Positions 29,298-43,679 of a DNA stretch of 64,000 nt are shown here, piece after piece. Position 1 is the stretch's first letter. Every line of letters starts with the position of its first letter. The notes under the pieces were generated by a model that saw only the letters and a list, made by a program, of their open reading frames with translations, did no database searches and was not told the DNA's origin. Position numbers and translations under genes: made by a program. Location of the stretch: the NCBI GenBank assembly GCA_951406725.2, contig OX597814.1, forward strand, positions 16,554,001 through 16,618,000, in the 5' to 3' direction. This DNA comes from Octopus vulgaris (Eukaryota).

Positions 29298-30319
29298 CAT
29301 ATCGTGATAAATAGATAGATATATAGATTGTATAACGTATTATATCCCGTCGTTTTCACCGACATATGTACTCTACACACACTTCTCAGGTGTCAAAATC
29401 TTGATATTTGAATTTCAGTTAACCATCCCCCGACACCTACGTAGATGTACTTCAGTTATGTTTGCATAACCTTTTAAGTATATTTCACCTAGTTGGTGTC
29501 ACTCGAATCCTTATTTCAAATGGAGACTGTGCAAAGACGATTGCCCGACAATGTTCTGCAAACAGAAACTCATCGTTCCGAAATATTCGTCAATAGATGT
29601 TTCTTTGAAACACAGAGAATTTCCTGTGTCTCTGAGCAAATGTCGACATATTAGGGTCCAACAACATACGTTGTAGGTGTTACGCTACCCACGCCAGTGA
29701 TTTGTTTCCAGTGGTTAAATGTTGTGTAGGAACAAAGCACACAGTTCAGATACGCTGATAGAAATTTGCCACTCATTGAACTACAAACAACAGAATTTTC
29801 ATCTTCAGATACTAATATAAGTAACGAAATCCCTTCACATATATTTCATATCTACCTTCGTCACTTCTCCAAATAAATGACCTTGCTTTATCAGTCTCCA
29901 ATCCCCTCAAAACCCCAATAATTCTTTCACCATATTAAAATAAATATTTCACTTGATTTGTGTCCGAAATAGTAAAAGTTACTAACAACTTCTACTACCG
30001 TTTACACTCGAACCGCACAAATGCTGCAAGTAAAAAAACTGAAATATTTCAAAACTTGAACGCTTTACATCAATAAATTTCAATACCTGAATGCATTCGC
30101 GACCGACCTATAGACATGTAGACCTGGCAAGGATGGTTTCCCTTTGCAAATACTGATTGAGCATAGAAATTGTGTCAATAGCCAGCTGGAAAAGACGTAC
30201 TCCTGGGACTACAAGTTACAGTAGCATCCAACCTTAGTGGTTAGCCACATTTAAGTGACAAATATACTTCACATTGTCGTGCAGCTAATGTTTATACCTC
30301 GTTCAGAGATTTATTATTG

Positions 30320-30353
<34 letters not shown>

Positions 30354-30357
<4 letters not shown>

Positions 30358-30646
30358 CATGATCACCGTGACCGACCAGGTCATCAGATGTTATTACACA
30401 TCGCTGGTCACAATGCGCTTCGCATTGTTTTAGCCTTCAAATGACGCCACCCCGCTGGCTAAGCGAGCAGGCCAACAGAAGAAGAAGTTGTGGCGAAAGA
30501 GTACAGCAAGGATCGCTACCACCCCCTGCCGGACCTCGTGGAGCTTTAGGTGTTTTCGCTCAATAAACACTCACAACGCCCGGTCTGGGAATCGAAACCG
30601 CGATCCTGCGACCGCGAGTCCGCTGCCCTAACCACTAGGCCATTGC

Positions 30647-30649
<3 letters not shown>
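30354..30649 (-). mobile_element. SINE with family A head and a different 3' tail
   Basis: 30485-30649 matches the family A head; 30354-30484 is unrelated to the family A body. Confidence 0.75.
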
Positions 30650-30731
<82 letters not shown>

Positions 30732-30949
30732 AAATATGTGTAAATCATTATACTTCTCGTATGGTTCAATTTGGGTTTCCTTTTCACACTTTTTTTAACA
30801 TTTCCTGTGATTAATATATGGAGATCAATTTTAATATCGACACATCTTAAAATATTTGCATTATATCATTACAGCTGTTCATCTATCTAATAATACATAC
30901 ACCTTTCACATATGTGAGTGTGTTTGTGCGTGGTGTGTGTGTGTGTGTA

Positions 30950-31051
<102 letters not shown>

Positions 31052-31337
31052 TGTGTGTGTGAAGAGAGATAGGCAGTTAGAAATAGAAATAAATAAATAG
31101 ATACAATGAATATGATAAGGCACCATTTTATCTTCGGTATCTCTTTGTAATTCTATATTTCAATATTTCAACCAGAGTTTTCTCAATCTTCTGATCAAAT
31201 GGTCCCACAGCTTTCGCAGGCTGTAGCCAATATACAGTGACTGTCGAAGGTATGGGGCTATTTAGTCCATTTGAACTGCAGGAAAAACTATGACAGGAGA
31301 TCTGCACGTAAATGTTAGTGCGGCTCATGTTAGTGGG

Positions 31338-31721
31338 GGAATCACTCCGTCGGTTACGACGACGAGGGTTCCGGTTGATCCGAATCAACGGAACAGCCTG
31401 CTCGTGAAATTAACGTGTAAGTGGCTGAGCACTCCACAGACACGTGCACCCTTAACGTAGTTCTCGGGGATATTCAGCGTGACACAGAGAGTGACAAGGC
31501 CGGCCCCTTGAAATACAGGTACAACAGAAACAGGAAGTAAGAGTGAGAGAAAGTTGTGGTGAAAGAGTACAGCAGGGATCACCACCATCCCCTGCCGGAG
31601 CCTCGTGGAGCTTTTAGGTGTTTTCACTCAATAAACACTCACAAACGCCCGGTCTGGAAATCGAAACCGCGATCCTACGACCGCGAGTCCGCTGCCCTAA
31701 ACACTGGGCCATTGCGCCTCC
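31338..31721 (-). mobile_element. SINE family A, full length
   Basis: Reverse complement of 6986-7365. Confidence 0.9.
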
Positions 31722-34700
31722 ACAATGCATACATATAACCCTTGGCAACCAGGTATGTTATTAGTAGGTAGATTAGAACAGTGCGATGCCAGAAGGAGAT
31801 ATATGCATCAGACTAAAGGAATCACAAAATCTAGCAATATTTGAGCGGCAGGAGACATAAGAAAAGACAAGTAAAACAAACAACAACTTTCTGGACAAAA
31901 AACAGAAATAAAGTTATATAGAAATAAGAAACGTTAGCACGCTTTTCTGTCCTTTTTTGTCCCCTCTATGTTTAGCCCCTTGTGGACAATAAAGAAATAA
32001 CAATAAGAAACTGATATGCGGACCTAAGTGAGATTTTGCTAATCAAACTATTTGCCCAAAATTGAGTACTGTGGTGGAGCAGTATCCCATTTCGGGTTTC
32101 AACTGACATATTTGTAATTTGGTAGATGGGGAAACTTGTGAGTTGAGTTGTGCATTGCACAGAGACAACTTCCGCAAGTTTTGGTGATTGTTTTGCAAGA
32201 GATATATTGTTGGGTAAGTGTGATCCAGCTTATAGTGAAAGGTTTCTCAATTATTCTAGCATTTACATAGTGAATGAAATATCAAATGTAGACGCAACTA
32301 AATCAAACCCAGTCCTTAAATTGTAAGCATTGTTGTGGATGTGATACGTGATGTAGAGAAGAATTAAATACCTGTGTAGTTATTTTTGCTAAGTCTAACA
32401 GTGGTTCATGTCAATGCCAAGAACAGGCATATCGCTGACAACTTTGAAGTGCAAGATGAGCAGTAGGGGAGTGTTTATAGCTCGTAAATAATATGTTGGG
32501 CAGTGGTTATAATACAGTATACGGATGAATCTGATAGTTATATACAACTCTATGATCTGTTATAAAACGGATTTGATGGTTGGGCAGACATCACGCGCCT
32601 TTATTGGTCAGTTAAGTTGAGACAGTGTCAAGTGACAACTTGCTGGGGCTGTCTGCTGGAGCCTAACAGCAGGTATTTAAAGGGAAAAAAATTGTCAAGT
32701 CAGTCAGTCGCCCGCTGACACTCATTGACGCTACATCGAATAGGTCAGGGAACAGAAGAAAGAAGAAAGAAGACATGCACCCAACACCAGAGCTGAAGAG
32801 ACCTCCGAAAGGGGGGGGGGGCACGTAAAAACTGTAGAGGCGTAGGGACCGAAACCGGATGTGGTTCCTCCTGATGATGTCTTGAGCTAACTGGATCCTA
32901 GAAAGGAGCTGTTGTGGTAGCAGACCACGAAACACGGTTGAAATTCCTTATGTAGGTTAGGATTGAGAGTTACAGATGTGGAAATTTGAATATTCGATAT
33001 ATTTTGGTTTCTGCATCGGTGGCATTTTGTATGAAGACTATGAGAGGTAAGAGGTGTGAGAATTTTCAATGACCATAGAGAGAAAGCGAAATGAAATAGA
33101 ATAGGAACCCAAAAACTTAGGAAGAAATATGATCAAATACTTGTTAGTGGTTCGAGGAGTTTTCAGGCTTGCCCGTGTATTTGCAAAACTGAATGCGGTA
33201 GAATCTGAACAAATGTAAGTAGAACTCATTGATGCTGATGTCCAGGTGGGAGCATGGTAAAAAAGAGCTCGGAAAGTATAAATGCTCATATTTGCGCCTT
33301 TGGAAATGAAATGAAAAACTGGGTATGAAATTTACGTACTAATGGAGTTTAAGGTTTTTCAGTTACACAAGAAACTAACATCAAAAATATCACACAAGCA
33401 GGGAGGGGACAGATAGGATACTATTGTTAGCTTTGGCTCAGCACACAACTGATCATGGAATGAGCATCGTTTTAGCCGTATCTTCTTGAACCCTCATTCG
33501 TCGAAGAGACGAGAGTTTCTAACATGTATGTATATAATTGAATGTGATATTTGTGTCACCTAAAACTGAATGTTAAAAAGACACATCTAGTTTTTTTTTA
33601 TGAGAAATCAGATTTTACTGCAAATATTCTTCTAGATATAATTACTTTGTATTCTTACACACTCAATCTGGTGTTAGACCTAGTATCATAATCCCTTTTT
33701 CCACGTATTCTATTTACAGAAATGTTGGCATTTATATGAGTCAGGCTATGGGCTATTTTATGCTACATAATTATATCAAAGATATATGCCGAAAGAACCC
33801 ACCGTAAAATGACTTCAAAATTGCTAATTAACGAAATGCTTGTTAATTATTACCCTAGAATCTCTAAGAGTTTAGAAGTTAAATGAACCCTCAAAGGAAC
33901 TTAAATTGTAAATTACAGCTAAGGGGACAGACAATGTCATTTAGAGTTCAGCACTTTTGCCTGAGTCACGGCTTAGCGCCGAAGATATTACTCGAAGCGA
34001 TGCGATTATCTTCCGAAATAAAACTTTTCATATATTTAAAATTTTGTAATAATTTTAACATATATTTTGTACGTTTATAATTTATATTATATAAGTTTCA
34101 TTCTTCTTTTACACGTGATGCGTAGAGTAAAACTCATTTGATAAAAAAAAAGACAAAAATAAACATGATCTGATAAACATGCTTCTGCTAGTTAGATGAA
34201 GATTTTTGCAATTTTCGCAGAATAGAAAACAAGCACCATTCCATGATACAAGTTTTCCTGCAAAAAATAAGACATCTTCAAATCGATAAAACGCGATAAA
34301 TCTTGAATCTTATTGTTAATTTCTTAGTTTGCAACGGAAATTTATTATCCACATTCCAGAAATGACGTTGTTAAATAGCAAACATCGAAAACCAAATTAA
34401 ATCGATCGATGCCCGGTCAGGTAGAGAAATGTGAACTCATATGACCTCAATTAAACACTTTTTTCTTTATTTCTTACATTTTTTTCATCTTGATTTTTCC
34501 ACTCGTTTTCTTTGATATTTTTTCTTCTTTCTTTAAAACTTCTATTAGTTGTTTGTGGCTATTGTATTAATAGGAAGAATAATTTTTCTTGCGTTGGTAC
34601 GGATGGATCTATCTTCCAGAGATTTTGACGTCTAATCTAAGTCATATTTATATTGTTTATTTCGAAAAATATTCTTCTGTAGCAGGAACGAAAAAGCAAA

Positions 34701-35146
34701 TTACAAATTACATGACCTTCCCGTTTGGGTATAGTGAAATGACCGGGAAATAAATGAAGCTAACATGAAATTATGCAGTAAAGCTGCCCATATATGTGTG
34801 CGTGTATATGCGTATATATGTGCGTGTGTGAGTGTATCAACCCAATATAAGGTGTATATATATATATATATATATACAGCTATATATACATTCATTAGCA
34901 TAAGATAGGTGTATATATATATGTATACAATATATATATATAATCGTAATATATATATATATATATATATATATAAGATACATACGTATATTACACACAT
35001 ATGTATATAAATTATGTATATATATATACATAGAGAGAAGGGGGAGCGAGAGATATGCAATATATATGCATATGCATATATTATAATATATATACTATAT
35101 ATACGCACATATACACACATGTACACGCTTATATTTTTATGTATAA

Positions 35147-35187
<41 letters not shown>

Positions 35188-35974
35188 TATGAAAATAATT
35201 ATACAGACGCTTATATATGTGTGTGTGAGTATGTGTGTGTGTGTGTGTACATTTATAAGTGTGCGTCTGTATGTACGCATATGTATCGCATTCTCTCACT
35301 TTGATTTCGACGCGTGAGTCATTACATTTTAAACATGGCTGCGTATTTCGTAAACTCGTATACCGTTTATGTAAGTTTACAAGTAGAATCAGCCTGTCAC
35401 TATATGACAACCCTAGATTTATGTATTACATGCACAATCAATCCAGTGATCTTCTATAATGTTGTCATTTATACATTGTGAACCCCAATATTTCTTCGCT
35501 GCTAAGCTATGCTAAAGAAACTTGCCGAAACACTATGCTGTGGTATTAAAATCCGGATTTAACAGCCGCAGAACAATATTTTAAATCACTTAACCAATCT
35601 GTTATATCGCAATACTAAACAGTGTCTGTGTGAGCATCTCATCCTCGTCGCCACTGTTATATCGCACGTTCGGATGCCCTCTACTCAACCCCCGACGTCT
35701 AGATTTCTCCCTCTATATCCACGTATTGGGCTGGCCTACTTCATGGTCTGGGGGCGTCCACACAACACAATCATGTAATGGAAGACGACACAGCAATGTA
35801 TATGCCTATCTCTTAATCATAGCTGAAAATCGAAGATGATGTTAACCGAGCCGATGGTTATTAGCTTTCACTTCAGCTATCATATAAGTGATTCATCTGA
35901 GATTGAATGTAGTCTTAAGGTATCAGGTATTGTGTACATTCCTATGTCATTTATCATCACCAATTGGCCGAGCA

Positions 35975-36395
35975 AAGGGGAAGGTAAAGGCCAGATGGTG
36001 TGCAAATTTTCCCGTTCTGAGGTGATAGGATCTTCTTCTGGGATGCTACATGCTGTCACAACTTTTCCCCCTTCTCTAGTGAGAGCCTGGTCTGTTCGGC
36101 TGCCAGCCCAGGCTACGCTGCTTGTGAGGCCGAGAAGAGCAAATTGCTAAATTTGTGATCGAGCCTATGGCAACGGAGACCTCCGCCGAACCTGGCCCTC
36201 CGTGCTACATCCCTGGTTACTGCTATCGGGGTGGAGATGGCTATCAGGAAGTACAAAGTCTTCGGGGTGGACTGGCTCTTCCAGTGCGTCTTCCTTGCAA
36301 ACCGTCGGGACAACGCTCTTTCCATTTAGTCCGCTAGGACCATGGGGTAGACTGATCAAATATTTTCTTTTCAGCTGGTGCACCTTACTAGTAAA
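35975..36395 (-). mobile_element. GC-rich non-coding element with a cctttacctt tail (possible RTE-mobilised element)
   Basis: GC-rich island in AT-rich background; minus strand ends ...ggcctttaccttcccc. Confidence 0.3.
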
Positions 36396-36411
36396 TTCGC
36401 ACTTCTTAATA

Positions 36412-36628
36412 ATCCTTTCTAGTAAAGGCAGAAGGTATGAAATTTTGTGGGAAGGGACTAGTCTATTACATAGATCCCCAGTAATTCATTGGTACTTAAT
36501 TTATCGACCCCGAAAGGATGAAAGGCAAAGTCGACCTCGGTGGAATATGAACCTAGATTGAAAAGACGGACTGAATGTTGCTCAGCATTTTGACCGGCGT
36601 GCTAACGATTATGACAGCTCACCGCCTT
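36412..36628 (-). mobile_element. SINE family C
   Basis: Reverse complement of the family C unit. Confidence 0.8.
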
Positions 36629-37009
36629 CCACATTTCTTAATAATAAAGGGTTACCTATTTTACACCATCTGTCTCACTTTCTCTCTTTCCCCATCTCGC
36701 CATATTTTATCTCTGTTCTCTGTGATCATCAACAGTGTCTTCATCCACATATTGGTTATAAAAGATGTTAATAAAAGAAGAAATAAGTTTATAAGAAAGA
36801 TAAATCATTTTCAAAAGATGTAAAATTAGTTATATAAGAATAGTAACGTTGATTTCATTATTGCAGACGTGTTATTTCAGGTAACAAAACTTCATTAGTA
36901 GATTCATTTTGGTTCATATATATTTGCGTGACTAACAAGACCTGCCGAAAATAGACAATTTCGGTGACAAGTTAATAATTTGAAAAGAATGACTAACAAT
37001 ATAAGCTCA

Positions 37010-37168
37010 AGTGTGGCTGCATGGCTAAGAAGCATGCTTTGCAACCATGTGACTTCGTGTTTAGTCCTAATGTGTTGCGCCTTCGGCAAGTGTCTTCTAC
37101 TATAGCCCTGTGCTGGATAATGTCTTGTTATTGAAATTGATAGACGGACACTAACTGGAAGCTCGATT

Positions 37169-37221
<53 letters not shown>

Positions 37222-37330
37222 TTGTCTGTGTCTGTGTGTACTCATCTATATGTATGGCTCTTAATGTCTGTGCTCCCCACCACCATGACTACACAAACGT
37301 CGGTGGCTTCTTACCGATAGAATAAGTTAT
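37010..37330 (+). mobile_element. SINE family B, decayed
   Basis: gtggctgcatggctaag...ggcaagtgtcttctactatagcc, internal (TA)n. Confidence 0.65.
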
Positions 37331-37715
37331 ATGCTTGAAATACATAAATATAGTAAAAAAGTAAATTATAAAGGATCCATAGAGCTTAATTTAATTATTT
37401 TCTGTTTTGATATTTCTTGTTTATTTAGGCCTTTCTCAAAAGGCATGGTCAAATTCACAAAGGTGCTCCATTATCAAAGGTGCCCAATTTATTTCAGTTA
37501 TCTTCACGAATATTGACTTATTTTACATGAGATTTAAGCTGTCTCCATTGACATATTCATCTTCTATAGAAGGCATTGAGAAAGGTGTGCATGAGTGCAG
37601 GATGAAAATTAGAAAATAAGTTTAATTATGGGAAAACATGATAAAATGAATTTATTTGACAATCAAACATATGCGTGCGTGTATGTGAGTGTGTGTGTGT
37701 GTGTGTGTGTGTGCA

Positions 37716-37756
<41 letters not shown>

Positions 37757-37989
37757 TATATATATATATAATATTTATATAACATTAATTAAGGGTAGAA
37801 ATTGATATTTATCCAATTAAAACCAGTGGTCTAGCATATTAAAAAAGAATCCGAAGATTAAAATATTTATATATACCAATTGGTTTTGTGCTGAGTTTGA
37901 TTTGAGAACATAATCTTTTGTAGAGAATGACGATTTGACGTCTATATCTAGCATGTTGACTGTCCACTTTTCGTGTTCAGTCCTTAATT

Positions 37990-38047
<58 letters not shown>

Positions 38048-38317
38048 GTTAATCCAAACAGGAAAACACAAAGAGAAAACACAACAACGCGAGGACGTGG
38101 AACAAGTATAGTGTTATTGAACGCTCTGGAAAGGAAAGAAAGAAATATTATATAGAGGGCATTACTATACATAAATGCCACACGCAAGGAGGGACACTTA
38201 AAGCCAAAACTACCAAAATAAGTAAACGCTAACTACTTGATAATTTCTTATAAATATTTTGTCTTATTTTTAAATTATATACAAACACACACACGCATAC
38301 ATATACATATATAAATA

Positions 38318-39509
38318 CTAGCATTATGACCCGTCTTTGCCGGGTCATAGAGCTAGTGCAGGTATATATGTGTATATATATGTGTACATATTACATGTAC
38401 ATCTATATATATACATCTACACATAAAATACAAAATACAAAGTTATATCTTGATATCGCTAGTGATAACAATACTCAAAATATATAACAGACTGGAATTG
38501 TAAGCCCGTCTCTTGCAATTTCGATCAATTGTATCGTGCCCTCCCTCTTGTATAGAAGTGTGGCTACAATTCAGCCTACCTCTACTGCTATTAGGCGGGA
38601 GGGGGGGGCATTTTAAATTTTTATCCGGGACGTCCTACGTCCCAGATATAAATGTAAAAATAAAATATTTCCACTTTGCAAGTTCGAGTCGAGTACTCCC
38701 TTGCACGCTCCGTTGACTCGAACCTTGCTTCTATTGTGGCGAATTTACCGCCTCTAATTAGATATCTTCCATAGTCGCACCAAGACACTTTTCGATTGTG
38801 CTTTCCTCCAGATATTCAAATCTTTTTTCTCTATATTGTATACTTTATAGACTATAGTTTTTTTTTAAATTTAATTTTGTATTATCCATCTGGACTATTC
38901 CATTTCTGCACGCTAATTTTATTTTTAATTTATTCCCATTCATGTGAAACCACTTATTCAAGTTCAAGTCATTGATGCAATTTTATACCAATTGCTATTT
39001 TTACATTTGTTATGTTACGATTATATTATACTTTAGTTTGATTTTAATTATTACTTACCACATATTATTCAATAGTTATTATTATTTTTATTGTTAAAGT
39101 GAAAGTATCTGACATAAAATAGAGAAATGTTTTGTTTGTTTTTTCACTTTTAACACATAATACTGAAATAGTGGAGAAGATATGATATTGCTATGGGCTC
39201 GCTCTAGGCAAGAAGTTGAACAATTTTTTCCCATGAAACTACATGGACCCTAAGTAAGGGATGTGTAAAATTTGAATGAAATTGGTTGTGTAGTTTTAGG
39301 GAATCGTAGTGGAGAAGATATGATATTGCTGTGGGCTCGCCCTAGGCAAAAAGTTAAAAATTTGTTTGCCGATGACAATCCCAGGACCCTAAGTAAGGCA
39401 TGTGTAAAATTTGAATGAAATTGGTTGTGTAGTTCTCAGGTTTTAGGGAAACACACAGACAGACAGACAGACAGACAGACACACATTCTCAGTTTTATAT
39501 ATCGAGAGA
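38318..39509 (-). mobile_element. Complete non-autonomous Helitron (~1.2 kb)
   Basis: Minus strand: host A | TC...atataaaa...(CTGT)n start; subterminal hairpin tatgacccg/cgggtcata; CTAG | T end; no TSD; internal ~138-bp tandem duplication (39169-39435). Confidence 0.8.
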
Positions 39510-40939
39510 TGTAGAAGAAGAAGAAGAAGAAGAAGAAGAAGAAGAAGAAGAAGAAGAAGAAGAAGAAGAAAGAAAGTTTATATAAATAATACTTAATGAG
39601 TTATTTCACCCCTTCTCGGATTCGTCATGACGAATCTCTTAAGTACACACAGACACACACATGCATGCATACGCACACAGACAAACATACATATATTATC
39701 TATCTATTCATCTATATATTTGTGCGTGTGTATGTGTGTGTAGGTTTATGAGTGTGTGTGTTAAATAAAATAAGGCAATAAAAGCAAGGCTGTGTGGAAT
39801 TTATAGGACATTTAGATTCCTCACTCGTATTATTATCGAACCGAGAGACGAACTACGGTCCTTCCGTAGCACCTACATTGCTTTTCCTACCATCTTGGGT
39901 CTTCGCGGTACCAATACCTCTCTCATATATATGTTTGTGTGTGTGTGTGTGTGTATAAGCCACACTGGAAAGCAGTTAGTACGTTAAACGACCAACAAAT
40001 TGAACACTATCACCCGAACATTACCTATGCACCTGTGATACATCCTGTAAAATTATACGCGAGTTTATTAACAGGGAACAAATGAATTCACTGAATTAAG
40101 ATGCAAAATTTTCTGGGCAAAACTATCATTTTGTCTACCCTGATATCAAATGGGGATTACGAATAAATTCGCTATTTATCAATCACAACGACTGACTCTT
40201 ATTTGGTTTCCAATCAGTTCTGATTGATCATATCTCCGGAAATACTTGTTCATTCACCTCAGTTTGATATTTTTCATTTTAACGCTAATAGTGATTGAGT
40301 GAATTTTGATTCATTCGTTACTTCTTGCGCATCGAGGAACCACCAAGAGGTTCACTCATTAACTTTTATATATATATCACCGTTTGTTTGGCAAGGACAA
40401 GAATTATTAGGTATTATGTATAATTAAAAAACGTATCAGTTGTTTACTAGTAAAAAAAAATAGTTGTTTACTTTAGAAATTGTTTGTCTCTTACTTTCGG
40501 GTATTAAGTACATTACCAAAAAAAAAAAAAGAAAAAAATCTATTTATCGAATTGTGCCATCATAGAATTGGTATTTCTCATCTAGTATATTGCAATCAAG
40601 GAATATCATTTGATATAAGAAAATTAATTAGAAACGCTGGCTTGATACCAGCTAGATTCTGACAATTTTCACGCCGAAAATGATTAAGGTTACTGATGGA
40701 TAGTATGTTTAATTCCATACTACAATTGACTCGCATACACACATACATATATATATATACACACATATATATATATATGAGTGTGTATGTGTGTTTGTGT
40801 GCGTGTAAGTGATTGTGTATATGTATAAAACATTTATATAAATTTATACACATGAATGCGTATATATATACATATATATATGTGTATAAATATACGCACA
40901 TTTATACATATTCATGAGTAAAAATATATATAAATGTTT

Positions 40940-40970
<31 letters not shown>

Positions 40971-41652
40971 ATGTATTCATGTATGCATGTATATACGTAT
41001 ACGCATATACGCTTACATATAAATTCATATCAGTATGTGAAATTTACGTGTTTTTCTACAAAGATAATTGTGGAACTGTATTGTGCGACATTGTTATATC
41101 ATGGAGTCTGTTGCATATACTTCTTTAACTGAGATTTGACGAAATGTCGTTTAATTAAAGACGAAAGTTCTCTCATGATGTAATACAGTCTTACTATCTC
41201 AAATACAAGTCTATTTACTTATAAAAGCCTCAAGGTCAGAAAGTAAGATTTTTTCTATTGTGGAAAAAAACATAAAAGATAAAACTAGGAGAAACTATGA
41301 AGAATAAAACAGAAAGGAACTGAATGTATGCTTGAAACATTTGAGCAGTTTTGAGAAGATGTTTTTAATGATCTTCCTATACTTTGTTCCTATTTCGTTT
41401 ACCATAGGATTGCCATCCAACAGCATGGCAACTGTATACAAGGAATCATAAATTGCTTACTATATAATGAAATGGATTCTTATTTCGAGTAAACAAGTTT
41501 GCAGTACGAGGTTATGTATTTGAAGAGAGTCGGTACCATCAATGGAAAATGTATATCATGTGTCTGATGGACTATTCTTTTGCCCCAATCAATAAGATAT
41601 AGGAGAAACAATGAAACTAATTTTCTTCGTTTTATTGTTGTTTATTTTGTGC

Positions 41653-41733
<81 letters not shown>

Positions 41734-41734
41734 G

Positions 41735-41768
<34 letters not shown>

Positions 41769-41823
41769 ATGTATATATATATATATATAATGTATATATA
41801 TATATAATGTATATATATATATA

Positions 41824-41877
<54 letters not shown>

Positions 41878-41922
41878 GAGGGAAAATATGTACTCTATCA
41901 TTCTTTCTCTCTCTCTCTGTGA

Positions 41923-41959
<37 letters not shown>

Positions 41960-42357
41960 CATACATTTACCTCCCGGCAAACTTCTTTTGTTATGATGCG
42001 GTCTTTGACGATTGAATCTTGCTAAGTAAAGAAAAGCTATAAAGTCAAAAGACTTCATCCTATGTTTTTATAGAATCTTTCTTGAAAAACTAATGAATTC
42101 GTGTCTCCGTATATTTGAATGATGTACATATTGGAACGCATCAGAGTTTTTGTGTCATTTACATTGATACACCTATTGATACAAATGAGATATATGTGTA
42201 TATGTGTATGTGTGTGTGTGTCTGTCTCTCTGTCTGAGCGTTTGTGCGTGTGTGTGTATTTGTGTATTTTTGCATGTATGTGCATGTGTGTATGTGTGTG
42301 TGTGCATTGTGTGTAAATTGTGGGGAGAGAGAGAGAAAGATAAAAAGAGATGCAATT

Positions 42358-42520
42358 TGGCTGTATGATAAGAAAATTGCTTCTCAACCACATGGTTCCA
42401 GGTTCAGTTCACTGCGTTGCATCTTGGGTGTGTGTCTTCTACATTAACCTCGGGCCGGCCAAAGCCCCGTGAGGGTATTTGGTAGATGGAAACCGAAGCA
42501 AGCCCACCGTATATATTGTG
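42358..42520 (+). mobile_element. SINE family B 5' half
   Basis: Matches ~46930-47090. Confidence 0.7.
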
Positions 42521-43679
42521 TCTATGTATATGTGTGTGAGCGCACGTGCCTGTGTTAAGCATTCAGATTACACATGCACATGAACAAATGCAGCGCGATT
42601 TTAGTTCATCGAAAAGGGGGATGTTTAATTTTTGAGATGTTTAATTAATCGGTGCTATGATTGTATGCCAAACAGAGCAGAGGCAGGAATGGACACCAAA
42701 TACAAGAAATAAACAATACTAAGTATGTTAGATCACAGGTGCATGGCAATAAAATGGTGGTATCTTAGAGCGATTACGCAAAATGCTCTGAGTTATTTTT
42801 GGCGATTGACACGCTCCACAGAGATGAACGTTGACCTTTAGAGGACAATATATTAAATATATCAGAACAGTGCGTTGATGGAATTTGCTCGCGCGTCGGA
42901 CAAGATACCTGATAGTAATTTATCAGTCTCAAATTGTTCTCAGTTTTCAGGTTTAATATGAACGCATGTTTAATATAAACGCCTGTTCCTGGAATGTCCT
43001 TCACACGCTTTCGTGCCCTGTCTCTGGTTTGAGGAACTTCGTCCAATACCTCTCGAGGAACATGTTATTGGCACTGTTATTCAATCTCCGACTAAGACTT
43101 AAATGTAAAAGTGGTTGGGCTGGTATTTCTCTTCATTCATGAACGGGTATATTTGTGGAAGTCTTCTTTTGGGTGGTGATGATAATTCTGTAATATTGTT
43201 GCTTGAGATATTCGTGTTATTCTTCTTGTCGCTTCAGCTGTTGACTGACCGCTCTCGGATACAGATGCCCCTATGGTGTACTTCAAAGGTTATAGTCAAT
43301 ATAAAGAATCTGAATAAAAACAGTAATATCATGTTAGTTAAAATAATTGGGAGAAGAGATTTAGACGAAACACAGACTTCCAATTATATAAGAATTAATT
43401 GAGTTGTGTACAACATACACAGATGATAGAGTAGTGTAGGAATAGCATTTTAAAAAGATTGAGTCATTAATGATACTTGTAGTGAGTTATATTATTCTCC
43501 AAAGCAGTTTGATTGAATTAGTAAGACCAAACAACAGCAAAAAGGCAAATAATCCGGTTTTTTCAACTGCATGAACTGGAAGTCGGAGGGGTACGGGATA
43601 AACTACCTGCACCAGCTTGCTATAAAAGCAGGTAGTAATCATTCAAAAGCAGGTAGTAACCATTCAAAATGTGACCGCG

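Noticed and set aside
29330-30310. Non-repetitive stretch that might be a decayed LINE or an exon
   Set aside because: No recognisable motif in the frames examined.
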